Assembly (NCBI GenBank): GCA_963805975.1
Contig: CAWDVR010000006.1
Location: 64,001-128,000, forward strand
DNA length: 64,000 bases
Source: an uncultured Acidobacteriota bacterium
GTDB lineage: Bacteria > Acidobacteriota > Thermoanaerobaculia > Multivoradales > SZUA-115
Direction: 5' to 3'
Shown: piece after piece, positions 36,162-46,815 of the stretch
Layout of the letters: each line of letters begins with the position of its first letter
Numbering within the stretch: position 1 is the first letter of the stretch
Program-made: the position numbers and the translations under genes
Notes under the pieces: model-generated
What the model saw: the letters and a program-made list of their open reading frames with translations, nothing else
What the model was told of the DNA's origin: nothing
The model's database searches: none

Positions 36162-37748
36162 ATGCCCCCCCAAGCCAAGCCGTCCCAAGCCCAGTTACCT
36201 CAAGCCAACCCCCGCCAGACCAGGCCCTTCCATTCGACCCGGCTGCCCCTCGCCGGGGCCGCCTTGCTCGTGGCCCTGCTTTCCGCCGCTGGCTGCGCCT
36301 CGTCAGCGCCCGCACTGCGCGCGGCCGACCGTCTGCCGCTCGAGGCCTGCCGGGTCGAAGGAGTGAAGGAGAAGCTCCTCTGTGGCACCTACCCGGTGTG
36401 GGAGAACCGCGAGGAGAAGAGCGGGCGCAAGATCAACCTCCATGTGGTGGTCGTGCCGGCCCTGGCGGAAGACCCCGCGCCGGATCCGATCTTCATCTTC
36501 GCCGGCGGTCCCGGCGATTCAGCCACCAACGGCGCCGCCGGCTGGGCGGAGGACCGCGCGCTCCGCTCGCGGCGGGACATCGTGCTCGTCGACCAGCGGG
36601 GCACCGGCTCCTCGCACCGCCTGGACTGCAAGGTGCCCGAGGATCCTGCCGACGTGCAGGCCTACTTCGAGCCGACCCTGCCGCCGGCCGAAGTGCGGCG
36701 GTGCCGCGCCGAGCTCGAGAAGACCTCGGACCTCACCCAGTACACGACCTCGATCGCCATGGACGACATCGACGAGGTCCGCCAGTGGCTGGGCTACGAC
36801 AAGATCAACCTCGAAGGCGGCTCCTATGGCACGCGCGCCGGCCAGGTCTACATGCGCCGCCACGGCGAGCACGTACGTGCGGCCATCCTCGTGGGGGTGG
36901 CGGGCATGAACCAGTACCTGCCCCTCTTCCATGCGCGGGACGGCAAGCAGGCGGTGGACCGCCTCCTCGACACCTGCGCCGCCGATGCGGCCTGCCGCAC
37001 GGCCTTCCCCGACTCGAAGGCCGAGCTGGAGAAGGTCTTGACCGGCCTCGACACCAACCGGGGCAAGGCCACGGTCAAGAGCCCCGTGGACGGCAAACCG
37101 GTGGCGGTGACCATCCCGCGCGACATCTTCGCCGAGCAACTGCGCTTCACGCTCTACAACGCCTATTCCGCCTCGGCCACCCCCTACGTCGTCCACCGTG
37201 CCGCCGCAGGAGACTTCGAGCCGTTCGCGCGCCTGTCGATGCTCTGGGAGCCGGACTTCCGCGGCATCCTGGCTTTCGGTATGCACCTGTCGGTGACCTG
37301 CGCCGAGGACGTGCCCTTCGTCCGGCCGGAAGTGATCGAGCCGGCGGTGGCGGGTACTTACCTGCGCGGCTATCGCATCAACCAGCAGGTGGCGGCTTGC
37401 CGCGAGTGGGCGCAGGGCGAGATCCCGGAGGGCTACCATCAGCCGATCGTCTCCGACATCCCGACGCTCCTGGTCTCCGGTCCCTATGACCCCGTGACGC
37501 CGCCGCGTTGGGCCGAGGAGGCGGCGCCGCATCTCGCGCAGAGCCTCCACTGGGTGATCCCGAACGCGCACCACGGCCCGGGAGGGCTGACGAACGACGA
37601 GTGCTACACCAACGTGGCCGCGGCTTTCATCGAGAACGGCTCGGTCGCGGGCCTCGACACCTCGTGCGGCGCCACCATGGAACGCCCGGCCTTCGTCATC
37701 GACGCCGCGGGCTTCGAGAAGCTGATGAAGGAGGCGGAGGGAGGCTGA
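36162..37748 (+). CDS. Alpha/beta-hydrolase lipoprotein with TAP-like C-terminus (tripeptidyl aminopeptidase-like)
   Basis: Lipobox SAAGC; AGGPG, DQRGTG, GGSYG nucleophile, DPVTP, AHH. Confidence 0.88.
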   Translation: MPPQAKPSQAQLPQANPRQTRPFHSTRLPLAGAALLVALLSAAGCASSAPALRAADRLPLEACRVEGVKEKLLCGTYPVWENREEKSGRKINLHVVVVPALAEDPAPDPIFIFAGGPGDSATNGAAGWAEDRALRSRRDIVLVDQRGTGSSHRLDCKVPEDPADVQAYFEPTLPPAEVRRCRAELEKTSDLTQYTTSIAMDDIDEVRQWLGYDKINLEGGSYGTRAGQVYMRRHGEHVRAAILVGVAGMNQYLPLFHARDGKQAVDRLLDTCAADAACRTAFPDSKAELEKVLTGLDTNRGKATVKSPVDGKPVAVTIPRDIFAEQLRFTLYNAYSASATPYVVHRAAAGDFEPFARLSMLWEPDFRGILAFGMHLSVTCAEDVPFVRPEVIEPAVAGTYLRGYRINQQVAACREWAQGEIPEGYHQPIVSDIPTLLVSGPYDPVTPPRWAEEAAPHLAQSLHWVIPNAHHGPGGLTNDECYTNVAAAFIENGSVAGLDTSCGATMERPAFVIDAAGFEKLMKEAEGG

Positions 37749-37750
37749 GA

Positions 37751-38854
37751 TCAGGCCGGAGACGCTGCCACCAACGGGCACGCCCGCTCGTCGAGCACTC
37801 CTTCGGGCACGCGAGCCAGTGCCGCGAGGATGACCTCCGGCCCGGCGCCGGGCAGGTGCGCGTTCTCGGCCAGGTAGCGCTTCCAGGCACGCGTGCCCGG
37901 CTGGCCGGCGAAGAGCCCGAGGGGACCGCGGAGGAGCCGGGGAAGCGGCGTGCCGCGGCTCGCCCAGCGCTCGACGTAGGGCAGGAAGGCCTCGACCACC
38001 TCGCGCCGGCTCGGCGGCTCATCCATGCCCTCTGCCGGCGAGCCATCGAAGAAGTCCCGATCCGCCGGCGCGAAGAGGTAGGGATCGTCGCAGGCGGCGC
38101 GGCCGATCATCACGCCGTCCACCCGCGCCAGGTGCTCCCGAGCCTGGTCCAGCCTGGTGATGCCGCCGTTGATCTCGATCGCGAGGTACGGGTGCTCGCG
38201 CTTCAGGCGATGGACCTCCTCGTAGCGCAGCGGCGGCACGGTGCGGTTCTCTTTGGGCGACAGGCCGCTGAGCCAGGCCTTGCGGGCGTGGACGATGAAG
38301 CGGTCGCAGCCCGCCGCGGCCACCGTGGTCACGAAGCGCGCCAAGTCCTCGTAGCGGTCCTGGTCGTCGATGCCGATCCGATGCTTGACGGTCACCGGCA
38401 GCGGCACGGCGGCGCGCATCGCGGCCACCGCGCCAGCGACCACCTCCGGCCGGGCCATCAGGCAGGCACCGAAGCTCGCCTGCTGCACGCGTTCCGAGGG
38501 GCAGCCGACGTTCAAGTTGATCTCGTCGTAGCCCCACTCTTCGGCGACCCTCGCACAGAGGGCCAGCGCCACCGGGTCGTCGCCGCCGAGCTGGAGGGCG
38601 AGAGGTTTCTCTTCCGGTGAGAAGCCGAGGAGGTGCTCGCGGTCCCCGTGCAGCACGGCGCCGGTCGAGAGCATCTCGGTGTAGAGCAGGGTCCGCCGAG
38701 TGATGCGGCGCAGGAAGGCGCGCAGGTGGCGGTCCGTCTGCTCCATCATGGGCGCCACGGAGAGCGGCCACAGCCGGCCGCGCCGCCCCTCAGGGCCCAC
38801 TCCACCCTCTGGCCCCCTCTCCCGCTGGGCCTCCTCAGGCGCGCTCGTAGTCAT
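37751..38854 (-). CDS. dusA: tRNA-dihydrouridine(20/20a) synthase
   Basis: SVAPMM, LLYTEM, LQLGG, EINLNVGCPSERVQ, FGACLM, HARKAWLSGLSPKENR, GVMIGR. Confidence 0.93.
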   Translation of the reverse strand: MTTSAPEEAQRERGPEGGVGPEGRRGRLWPLSVAPMMEQTDRHLRAFLRRITRRTLLYTEMLSTGAVLHGDREHLLGFSPEEKPLALQLGGDDPVALALCARVAEEWGYDEINLNVGCPSERVQQASFGACLMARPEVVAGAVAAMRAAVPLPVTVKHRIGIDDQDRYEDLARFVTTVAAAGCDRFIVHARKAWLSGLSPKENRTVPPLRYEEVHRLKREHPYLAIEINGGITRLDQAREHLARVDGVMIGRAACDDPYLFAPADRDFFDGSPAEGMDEPPSRREVVEAFLPYVERWASRGTPLPRLLRGPLGLFAGQPGTRAWKRYLAENAHLPGAGPEVILAALARVPEGVLDERACPLVAASPA

Positions 38855-40208
38855 CCTCGTAGCGCACGATGTCGTCCTCGCCGAAGTAGGTGCCGAGCTG
38901 TACCTCGACGATCTCGACCGGCTCGCTGCCGGGGTTCGCGATGCGGTGCTTGGCGCCGCACGGGATGTAGACCGCCTCGCCGGGCCGCGGCCGGAGCACC
39001 TGGCCGTCGAGCGTGATCTCGGGCTCGCCCGCGACCACCACCCAGTGCTCGCTGCGGTGCTGGTGCGACTGGTAGGAGAGCCGCTGGCCCGGGGACACGC
39101 GCAGGATCTTCGACTTGAACCGGGGCGTGTCGCGCAGCACCTCGAACGAGCCCCAGGGCCGGTGCTCGTAGACGTGCTCGGCGGCCTCGCGGCGGCCGGC
39201 GGCCTTGAGCTGGTCCACCAGCTCCTTCACACCCTGCGTGGTGCCGCGCCGCGCGACGAGCAGCGCGTCCGCCGTGTCGACCACGACCAGATCCGAGACC
39301 CCGACCAGGCCATAGACGCGCTCACCGTGGGCGAAGACGAAGTTCTCGCCGGTGCCGTCCGAGAACACATTGGCGCCGTTGGCGGAGAGCCTCGCCACCT
39401 CGTCCCAGCTTCCGACGTCACTCCAGCCCACGTCGCAGGGGATCACCACCTGCTCCGCCAGGTGCTCCATCACCCCGTAGTCGAGGCTCTGCGGCGCGAT
39501 GCGCTCGTAGATCTCGCCGAGGTTCGAGAGATCGGCGGCGAGGTCCTGCATCTCGTGCCACAGCTCCGGCATCAGGCGCTCGAGGTGGCCGGCCATGGTC
39601 GAGACCCGGAACACGAACATGCCGGCGTTCCAGTGGAAGTTGCCGGCGGCGACGAAGGCCTCTGCGGTCGCCGGGTCCGGCTTCTCGCGGAAGCCGCGGG
39701 CGGTCAGCGCGCGGTGCTCGCCGGCTGCGGCGAAAACCTCGTCGCCCGCCTCGATGTAGCCGTAGCCGGTCGAGGGGAAGGTGGGGCGGATGCCCAGCGT
39801 GGCCACTTGCCCCCGCTCCGCGCACGCGACGGCCAGCCGGCAGACGGCGTGGAAGCCCGCCTCGTCCTCGATCAGGTGATCGGCGGGGAAGATGCCGGCC
39901 ACCTCGTCACCCAGACCGCGGTCGAGCAGCACGCGGCAGGCGAGGGCCACGGCCGGGGCCGTGTTGCGACCCCGCGGCTCGAAGAGCGCCTGCCCGCGAG
40001 GGATCCGGAGATCGTCGAGCACACGCTGCGTGAGGACGCGCTGCTCGGCCACCGCGATCACCCACGGCGAGCCGAGCGACGCCAAACGCTTGAGAGTCTT
40101 GGCAAGGAGCGACTCGTCGAACAGCTCGACGAACTGTTTGGGGCACGAAGCACGCGACACCGGCCAAAGGCGAGTGCCGCTGCCGCCGGAGAGGACGATG
40201 GGGATCAT
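38835..40208 (-). CDS. manC: Mannose-1-phosphate guanylyltransferase / mannose-6-phosphate isomerase
   Basis: LSGGSGTRLWPVSR, PKQF, EPRGRNTAPA, WSDVGSW, C-terminal cupin RPWG..HRSEHW..EDDIVR. Confidence 0.93.
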   Translation of the reverse strand: MIPIVLSGGSGTRLWPVSRASCPKQFVELFDESLLAKTLKRLASLGSPWVIAVAEQRVLTQRVLDDLRIPRGQALFEPRGRNTAPAVALACRVLLDRGLGDEVAGIFPADHLIEDEAGFHAVCRLAVACAERGQVATLGIRPTFPSTGYGYIEAGDEVFAAAGEHRALTARGFREKPDPATAEAFVAAGNFHWNAGMFVFRVSTMAGHLERLMPELWHEMQDLAADLSNLGEIYERIAPQSLDYGVMEHLAEQVVIPCDVGWSDVGSWDEVARLSANGANVFSDGTGENFVFAHGERVYGLVGVSDLVVVDTADALLVARRGTTQGVKELVDQLKAAGRREAAEHVYEHRPWGSFEVLRDTPRFKSKILRVSPGQRLSYQSHQHRSEHWVVVAGEPEITLDGQVLRPRPGEAVYIPCGAKHRIANPGSEPVEIVEVQLGTYFGEDDIVRYEDDYERA

Positions 40209-40293
40209 GAGAGCTCGAACCTGCGCTGCCTGCTCGATGGGGGAGCGGGACACTACGCGCCGGCGATCATACGCGAGGCTTGCCCGGGACGGC

Positions 40294-41433
40294 CTACCCG
40301 GGCCGGGTGTCCGAGCCGACGGGCTGGGCAGCACCGAACAGAAAGCCCTGGGCGAGCTCGAAGCCCAGCTCCTTCGCGGCTTCGGCCTCGGCCGGCCGCT
40401 CGAGGCCCTCGGCCAGGGTCGTGATGCCAGCCTCGCGGCAGATGCGGACCAGCGACGCGAGCAGGTCGCGGTGGTTCTTCCCGGCGGTGTCGAGGCCGCG
40501 CACCATGGAGATGTCGAACTTGAGGTAATCGGGCGGCGCCTCGGAGAGGTGGACGAGCCGCGCCTGCCCGGCCCCGAAGTCGTCGTACGCCAGACCGATG
40601 CCGAGCTCCGACAGGCCGAGACGGAGCATCCGGATGGTGTTGATGTCCGAGACCGCGGACTCGTGGATCTCGAGCACAGCCGAGAAGTGGTCGCGCTCGG
40701 ACTGCAAGGGAGACAGCGAGGCCAGCAGACCGCGGACGTCGGCGAGCTCGGCCGGGTGGGTGTTGAAGAAGATCAGGGGCTTGCCTTCGAAGTCGCGCGC
40801 CGCCTCGATGGCCTGCTCGCGCATCAGGTGCGAGAGCTGCCGGTCGAGCTTGAAGGCGTTGGCGATCTCGAAGAGCGCGCCGGGATCCTGGGGCAGGCCC
40901 GGCAGGCAGCCTCTCCCCAGGGCCTCGAAGCCCACGCGCTCGCCGTCCGCCAGGCGGAGGATGGGCTGGAACATGGCGGTGACGGCGCGCAGCGCGAGGA
41001 GCTGCTGCAGCTCCTTCCGGCCGCCGAGCAGGCGGCGCTGCAGCTCGAGGAGCGGCATCTCGAGCGTGGCCTGCCCCGCCGTCAGGACCTGGGTGGAGTC
41101 CAGGTTGAACACCTCGGGGTCGGCCGCGAGCCGGAACTCCTGGTCGGCGAAATGGAGGATGTCCCCGTCGGCCAGGAGGGTCGCGTCCTGAACCCGCTGC
41201 TCGTTGACGAAGGTGCCGTTGGTCGACCCCAGGTCGCGCACCCAGAAGCGGCCGGTGTCGGCGTAGAGCTCGGCGTGGCGCATCGAGACCAGGCTGGAGC
41301 TCAGGGCCAGGTTGGAGGTGCTCTGCCGGCCGACGAGGAAAGGCAGGGGCGCCAACGGGATGCGCTCGAGGCCACGGCCGACGCCGTGGTATCTCTCGAG
41401 GAACCAGGCGGCGGCCTGCCCTGTCTCTCTCAC
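40294..41433 (-). CDS. FHA + EAL domain protein (c-di-GMP phosphodiesterase)
   Basis: FHA VGR/SMRHA/DLGSTNGT; EAL FEALGR, N, EIHE, DDFGAG, KFD, AEGLE, QGF; GTG start inferred. Confidence 0.88.
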   Translation of the reverse strand: MRETGQAAAWFLERYHGVGRGLERIPLAPLPFLVGRQSTSNLALSSSLVSMRHAELYADTGRFWVRDLGSTNGTFVNEQRVQDATLLADGDILHFADQEFRLAADPEVFNLDSTQVLTAGQATLEMPLLELQRRLLGGRKELQQLLALRAVTAMFQPILRLADGERVGFEALGRGCLPGLPQDPGALFEIANAFKLDRQLSHLMREQAIEAARDFEGKPLIFFNTHPAELADVRGLLASLSPLQSERDHFSAVLEIHESAVSDINTIRMLRLGLSELGIGLAYDDFGAGQARLVHLSEAPPDYLKFDISMVRGLDTAGKNHRDLLASLVRICREAGITTLAEGLERPAEAEAAKELGFELAQGFLFGAAQPVGSDTRPG

Positions 41434-41497
41434 CTCGCTCAATCTTGCCTCGTGGGGAAGGATCTTATCCTGCCCATGGCTCGTGTCCGCCGGCCAG

Positions 41498-43648
41498 TTA
41501 CGGCTGCGCCGCGTTTGCAATCTCGTCCGCCAGATGGCCGGCCGGGTACACCTTGCGCAGCATTTGCTGCATGGCGCGTGCGTCCACGGCCAGGGTGCGT
41601 CCACGGCCCTCGGTGTACTGGAAGACGCGCGACAGGCCGTAGAGGTTGCCGTCGAAGACCACGCCCACGAGGTGCATCTTGCGGTCCACGATCGGGCTCC
41701 CCGAGTTGCCGCCCGTGGTGTCGAGCGTGGCGACGAAGTTCACCGGCCCGGCCAGGTCCAGCTTGCCGCGCGCCGCCTCGAGCGCCGGGGTCACCGCCCA
41801 GGGCGAGCGGCCCTGCCGCGCCGCCGAGCGCTCGAACATGCTCTGGAAGGTCGAATACCAGGGCACCTGCTGCCCGGCCTCCTCGTAGCCCGCCGGCTTG
41901 CCGTAGCTGAAGCGCAGGCTGGAGGTGGCGTCCGGGTAGATCTCCTTGCCGCCGAGCTCGCGGCGAGCGAGGCTGATCCGCGTGCCGGCCGCGATCTCGA
42001 CGCTCTCGATCTCCTCGTCGAACCGCCGGCGCAGGTCGCGGGCCCCGGGCTCGATCACCGCCACGAAACGCAGCAGCGGGTCCGTCGAGGCGGCGATGGC
42101 GGCCTTGCCACCCGCCGCGAGCTGGCGGCGCACCTCGACGTCGCCCAGCGTGGCGGCGGCGATCCAGCGCGCGGCCAGGACCTCGGGCTGCTCTCGGCCC
42201 ATGGTGGCGAAGACCAGCGGATGGGTCACACCGAGCTGCGAGCGCAGGCGCCAGAGGTAGGCCGTGAGCTGCACCTGCTCGTACTCGGGGTAGATCGGCG
42301 CGCGGGAGAAGAGGCGCTGCTCGAGCGAGGCGCGCGCCGAGTCGCGGTAGTCCGGCATGCGTTCGCCTTCCGGCTTCTCGCTCTCGCCGGCGAGCCGCAC
42401 CAGGCCGCGGGCGTACTGCAGGTAGGTGCCCACCTGCGGCAGCTCGGTCTCGAGCAGGCGGAAGCGCGACTCGAAGGTGCGGTAGAGCCCGACCGCGTTG
42501 GCGATCTCGGCCCACGGGTCGCCGTACTTGGCCTTGAGGGCCGGATCGGCCTCGATCTTCGCCTTGAGCTCCGCCTCGGCCTTGCGCTTGGCCGCGATCA
42601 GGTCGGCGTCGAGCAGGCCGGCCATGAAGCCGGAGATCGCTTTGATCGAGTTGGTCACCCGGCGCAGGCGGTCATTGGCGATGCGCTGTTGCTCCGGGCC
42701 GCGGGTGGCGAAAGCCTCCAGACGCTCGCGTTGCTGGTCCCGGACCGACTGCTGGGCCGGGAAGAGATAGTCGCGCAGCAGGGTGAGCTGCGCCATGGTG
42801 TTCTCGCGCAGGGTGGTCCCCGGGTGGCCGGAGGAGATCACCACTTCGCCGTCCACTGCACCGGTGGGGCTCCAGGTCAGGTAGTGCATCGTCGCCGCCG
42901 GCTGGCCATTGTCGTAGGCGCGGAAGAGCGCGAAGTCGATGGCGAAGCGCGGATAGTCGAAGTTGTCGGGATCGCCGCCGAACTGCGCTAGCTCGGCCTC
43001 CGGCGCGAAGGCCAGGCGCACGTCGGCGTAGCGGCGGTAGCGGTAGAGGTCGTACTCGCCGCCGCCGAAGAGCGTCTTCACCTCGCAGCGGATGGTCGGC
43101 GGCTCGGCACAGGCCTTCTCGATGGCGGCAATCTCGGCGCGCCGGGCGCGGGCCGCCTCGGCGGCAGAGCCTTCGCTCGCGCCGCCGCCGGCGGGCGCGC
43201 CGGAGCTCGTGGCGGCGGCCTCGGCGGCGCGCACCCGCGCCGTCACCCGCTCGATCGACAGCAGCTGCAGCACCTCGAGGTCCGGGCAGGCGAGCTCGTC
43301 CTCGCGGCGCGCGGCCACGAAGCCGTTCGCCATCAGGTTGCGCTCGGCGGAAGAGAGCTTCGAGATGCAGTCCGCCCCCACGTGGTGATTGGTCAGCACC
43401 AGGCCCTGGGGCGAGACGAAGGAGCCGGAGCCACCCTGGCCGAGGCGCACCGAGGAGAGGCGCAGGTGCTCGAGCTGGGCGGCGGTGGGCGGCTCGCCGT
43501 AGGCGGCCCGGAAGCGCTCCACCGGGAAGTCGTTGGCCAGCCACATGCCCTCGTCGGCCGCGGCCGGACCGAGGGTGGCGAGAGCCAGCACGAGAGCGGT
43601 GAGCAGTCTCGCAAAGGTGAAACGGGGGCCGAACGCGCCAGCGGGCAT
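41498..43648 (-). CDS. S46 dipeptidyl peptidase (DPP7/DPP11 family)
   Basis: Signal peptide then ADEGMW; TNHHV; YPDA; TGGNSGSP; FDGN. Confidence 0.92.
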   Translation of the reverse strand: MPAGAFGPRFTFARLLTALVLALATLGPAAADEGMWLANDFPVERFRAAYGEPPTAAQLEHLRLSSVRLGQGGSGSFVSPQGLVLTNHHVGADCISKLSSAERNLMANGFVAARREDELACPDLEVLQLLSIERVTARVRAAEAAATSSGAPAGGGASEGSAAEAARARRAEIAAIEKACAEPPTIRCEVKTLFGGGEYDLYRYRRYADVRLAFAPEAELAQFGGDPDNFDYPRFAIDFALFRAYDNGQPAATMHYLTWSPTGAVDGEVVISSGHPGTTLRENTMAQLTLLRDYLFPAQQSVRDQQRERLEAFATRGPEQQRIANDRLRRVTNSIKAISGFMAGLLDADLIAAKRKAEAELKAKIEADPALKAKYGDPWAEIANAVGLYRTFESRFRLLETELPQVGTYLQYARGLVRLAGESEKPEGERMPDYRDSARASLEQRLFSRAPIYPEYEQVQLTAYLWRLRSQLGVTHPLVFATMGREQPEVLAARWIAAATLGDVEVRRQLAAGGKAAIAASTDPLLRFVAVIEPGARDLRRRFDEEIESVEIAAGTRISLARRELGGKEIYPDATSSLRFSYGKPAGYEEAGQQVPWYSTFQSMFERSAARQGRSPWAVTPALEAARGKLDLAGPVNFVATLDTTGGNSGSPIVDRKMHLVGVVFDGNLYGLSRVFQYTEGRGRTLAVDARAMQQMLRKVYPAGHLADEIANAAQP

Positions 43649-43720
43649 CAGGTCTCTCCTATCGTCCTCGCCATAGAAGGCGACAAGCACGGGTTCATCT
43701 CGGTCATTGGGGAGCGTCGG

Positions 43721-43745
43721 GATCCTGCGCTGCGCTCAGGATGAC
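43721..43745. repeat. Short REP-like element, second copy
   Basis: GATCCTGCGCTGCGCTCAGGATGAC, related to 24370-24393; intergenic. Confidence 0.65.
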
Positions 43746-43755
43746 GATCCGGGGC

Positions 43756-46671
43756 TCAGGGCACCGCCTCGGGATGGAGCACCCCCAGCACGTAGCGATC
43801 GAGGCGCAGATAGCGGCGCGCGGCGTCGCGGATGGACTCGGGCGAGATGCCCGCCACCATCCGGTCATGGTCGAGGATCTGCCGCGGGTCGAGCCCCAGG
43901 CTCGAGTAGGTCTTGAGCGCGCGCAGCCAGAATTCGTTTTCGCGCACCGCCGTCTCGCGGGCCCGCCGCTGGGTCTCCTGGATCTTCGCCACCACCGCCG
44001 GCGGCACGCCCTTCTTGCGCAGCGTGCGGATCTCGTCGAACACGCCCTCGGTGAGGCTGGGGACGTTGCCCGGCGCGCAGCCGAACTCGATCCCTATGTC
44101 GTAGCGCTCGCGCGGCCGGGCCTCGAGGGTGGGATCGACGGAGACGCCGTAGGTGGCGCCGCGGTCCTCGCGCAGGGCCTCGCGCAGGCGGATCGACAGC
44201 GCCTCGGAGAGCGTCTGCAGCGCGTGCAGGTGCTCGCGGCTCCAGGTCTCCTCGCCGCTGAAGTGGAGCACGACGTCGCTCTTCGGCTCGACGCCCTTCT
44301 TCACTTCGATCTCCACCACGTCCTTGGGCGGCTCGACGCCGATGTCCTTGAAGGTCTCCTTGCGGCCGGTCGAGGGCAGGCCGCCGAGGTAGGCCTCGAC
44401 CAGCGGCCGGATCACCGCCGGGTCGAACGCGCCCACCAGCAGGAAGGTGAAGTCCGAGGCGTCGGCGAAGCGCTCGTTGAACACCCGCATCGCCCGCTCG
44501 ATGTCGATCTCCTCGACCACTTCCTTGGTCAGCGGCTGGCGTCGCCGATGGTTGCCGGACAGGGCCTGCGTCAGCTTGTCGGCGAACACCGCCTCCGGGT
44601 TGTCCAGGCGGTGCTCGACGAAGGCCGCCACCCGGTCGAGGAAGGTCTTCGATGCCTGCGGATCGGAGCGCGGCGCCGTGAAGTGCAGGTAGACGAGCTG
44701 CAGCAGGATCTCCAGGTCCTCGGGCGAGGCGCCGCCGTTGAAGCCCTCTTCGAGCTCGTTGAGGTAGGGGGAGACGGAGACGCGCTTGCCGGCGAGGGCC
44801 TTGCCCAGCTCCACGGCGGAGAAGCGGCCGAGGCCGCTCTCGGCGAGGAGCGCGGTGGCGAACACCGCCGAGTTGAAGTCCACGTCCGAGACCAGCGAGG
44901 TGCCGCCCGGCGAGAAGCCGGAGAACAGCACCTCGTCGTTCTTGAAGTCGGTGGGCTTGAGCCACACCTTGACGCCGTTGGCGAGCTTCCACTCGATCAC
45001 CCCGACCTCGGGCAGTGAGCGCTCGGAGACCACCGCGCCCCCGGCCGGCTTCTCGGCCACCAGCGGCTCGTCTAGGGTCTGGTCCACGTAGGCCGCGAGC
45101 TCCTGCTTCTTCGCCTCGGAGAAGACGGCGAGCAGCGCCTCCTTCGACGGCAGCTCGGTCGCCGGCCCCTGGTCCGGTCCGCTCACCAGGATCACGCGGT
45201 TCTCCTCGGAGATCGACTCGCGCGCCAGGCGGTTGAGCTCGTCGAGAGTGATCTCCGGCAGGTAGTGCCGCACCAGCTCGGCCTCGAGCGCGATGCCGGG
45301 GATCGGCTCGCCGGTGAAGAAGTGGCGGCTGTACTCGGCGGCGAGCGAGCGTGACTCGTTCTTGTCGCGCTCTTTCTCGGCGCCCTCGTAGTTGCGCAGC
45401 AGGTCCTTCTTCACCCGCTCGACCTCGGTGGCGGTGAAGCCGAAGCGGTCCACGCGCTCGGCCTCGGTCAGGAGCGCGGCGAGGCCCCGCTCGACGCCGC
45501 CGGCCTTCACGCCCGCGGCCTGGAAATAGGCGCCGCCGGTCCGCACCAGGTTGTCCGAGGCGGCCACCGCGAAGAGGAACGGCGGGTCGGCCTGCTGCGC
45601 CAGCTCGGCCAGGCGGGAGTTCATCAGCGCGTCGTAGATGGTGTCGACCAGCAGGCGGCGGTAGGCGCCGAAGGAGTCCTGGGGCGCCGCCGGGCGCTTG
45701 TAATAGACGGCGACGCGGGTGTCCGTGACCTCGGGGTCGCGCTCGATCGAGACCAGGGTCTCGGCGTGCGGCGGCACCTCGAAGACCGGCCGGGGCCGCG
45801 GCTCCTTCGGCACCGGGACCTTCTCGAAGCGCTCGCGGATGCGGCGCTCGACCACCGCCGGGTCGAAGTCGCCCACCGCGATGATCGCCGCGAGGTCCGG
45901 CCGGTACCAGTCGCGGTAGAAGCGGCGGAGCGCCTCGTAGGGCGCCTTTTCCAGGATCTCTTTCTTGCCGATCGTCAGCCGCTCGGAGTAGCGCGAGCCC
46001 TTGAGCAGGAGCGGGATCTGGCGGTCGAGGAGGCGCGCCTCGCCGCCGCGGCCCAGGCGCCACTCCTCGACCACCACGCCGCGCTCCTTGTCGATCTCGT
46101 GGCCTTCGAGCGCCATGCCGCCGGTCAGCCAGTCCTCGAAGAGCAGCAGGGCGCGGTCCATGATCTCGGGGCGGTCGGTGGGCACCCGCAGGGTGTAGAC
46201 CGTCTCGTCGAAGCTCGTCCAGGCGTTCAGATCCGGGCCGAAGCGCAGGCCGACCGACTCCAGGTAGTCGACGATCGCCTGGCGCTCGAAGTTGCGGGTG
46301 CCGTTGAAGGCCATGTGCTCCAGGAAGTGGGCCAGGCCCTGCTGGTCGGCGTCCTCCACCAGCGAGCCGGCGTTCACCGCCAGCCAGATCTCGGCGCGCC
46401 GCGCGGGCGTCGGATGGCGGCGCACGATGTAGGTGAGGCCGTTGGCGAGCCGGCCCTCGCGCACCACGGGGTCGACCGGCAGCTTGTCGCCGAGCGCCGC
46501 CCCGTCCACCAGCCGGGCGAGCGCCGCCGGGTCGGGCGGCGCCTGCGGCGCCACGTAGGGCGCAGGTGGGGGCGTGGCGGGAGCGCTGGCAACGCTCGCC
46601 GGCGCGGTGGCGCAGCCGAGCAGGGGGAGCAGGGCGAGGAGAGAGGCGAGCAGTCGGTGGGGGCTCTTCAA
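43756..46671 (-). CDS. M16 (PqqL-like/insulinase) zinc protease lipoprotein
   Basis: Lipobox LLGC; inverted motif HFLEH; NAWTSFDETVY; ERGVVVEE; second half LRE..G.TY. Confidence 0.92.
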   Translation of the reverse strand: MKSPHRLLASLLALLPLLGCATAPASVASAPATPPPAPYVAPQAPPDPAALARLVDGAALGDKLPVDPVVREGRLANGLTYIVRRHPTPARRAEIWLAVNAGSLVEDADQQGLAHFLEHMAFNGTRNFERQAIVDYLESVGLRFGPDLNAWTSFDETVYTLRVPTDRPEIMDRALLLFEDWLTGGMALEGHEIDKERGVVVEEWRLGRGGEARLLDRQIPLLLKGSRYSERLTIGKKEILEKAPYEALRRFYRDWYRPDLAAIIAVGDFDPAVVERRIRERFEKVPVPKEPRPRPVFEVPPHAETLVSIERDPEVTDTRVAVYYKRPAAPQDSFGAYRRLLVDTIYDALMNSRLAELAQQADPPFLFAVAASDNLVRTGGAYFQAAGVKAGGVERGLAALLTEAERVDRFGFTATEVERVKKDLLRNYEGAEKERDKNESRSLAAEYSRHFFTGEPIPGIALEAELVRHYLPEITLDELNRLARESISEENRVILVSGPDQGPATELPSKEALLAVFSEAKKQELAAYVDQTLDEPLVAEKPAGGAVVSERSLPEVGVIEWKLANGVKVWLKPTDFKNDEVLFSGFSPGGTSLVSDVDFNSAVFATALLAESGLGRFSAVELGKALAGKRVSVSPYLNELEEGFNGGASPEDLEILLQLVYLHFTAPRSDPQASKTFLDRVAAFVEHRLDNPEAVFADKLTQALSGNHRRRQPLTKEVVEEIDIERAMRVFNERFADASDFTFLLVGAFDPAVIRPLVEAYLGGLPSTGRKETFKDIGVEPPKDVVEIEVKKGVEPKSDVVLHFSGEETWSREHLHALQTLSEALSIRLREALREDRGATYGVSVDPTLEARPRERYDIGIEFGCAPGNVPSLTEGVFDEIRTLRKKGVPPAVVAKIQETQRRARETAVRENEFWLRALKTYSSLGLDPRQILDHDRMVAGISPESIRDAARRYLRLDRYVLGVLHPEAVP

Positions 46672-46815
46672 GAGGTCTCCTGGGGCGTCCTTCAGTCCTA
46701 CGAATCGTATAGGAGATTCAACGGCAGGTGCGGAGCGTCGGCTCCCGCTCTCACCCTAATACCTCCGGCCCCCGCGGTCGTCCCTGGTCTCGAACGTTGA
46801 CCCGAGGAGGACGAC

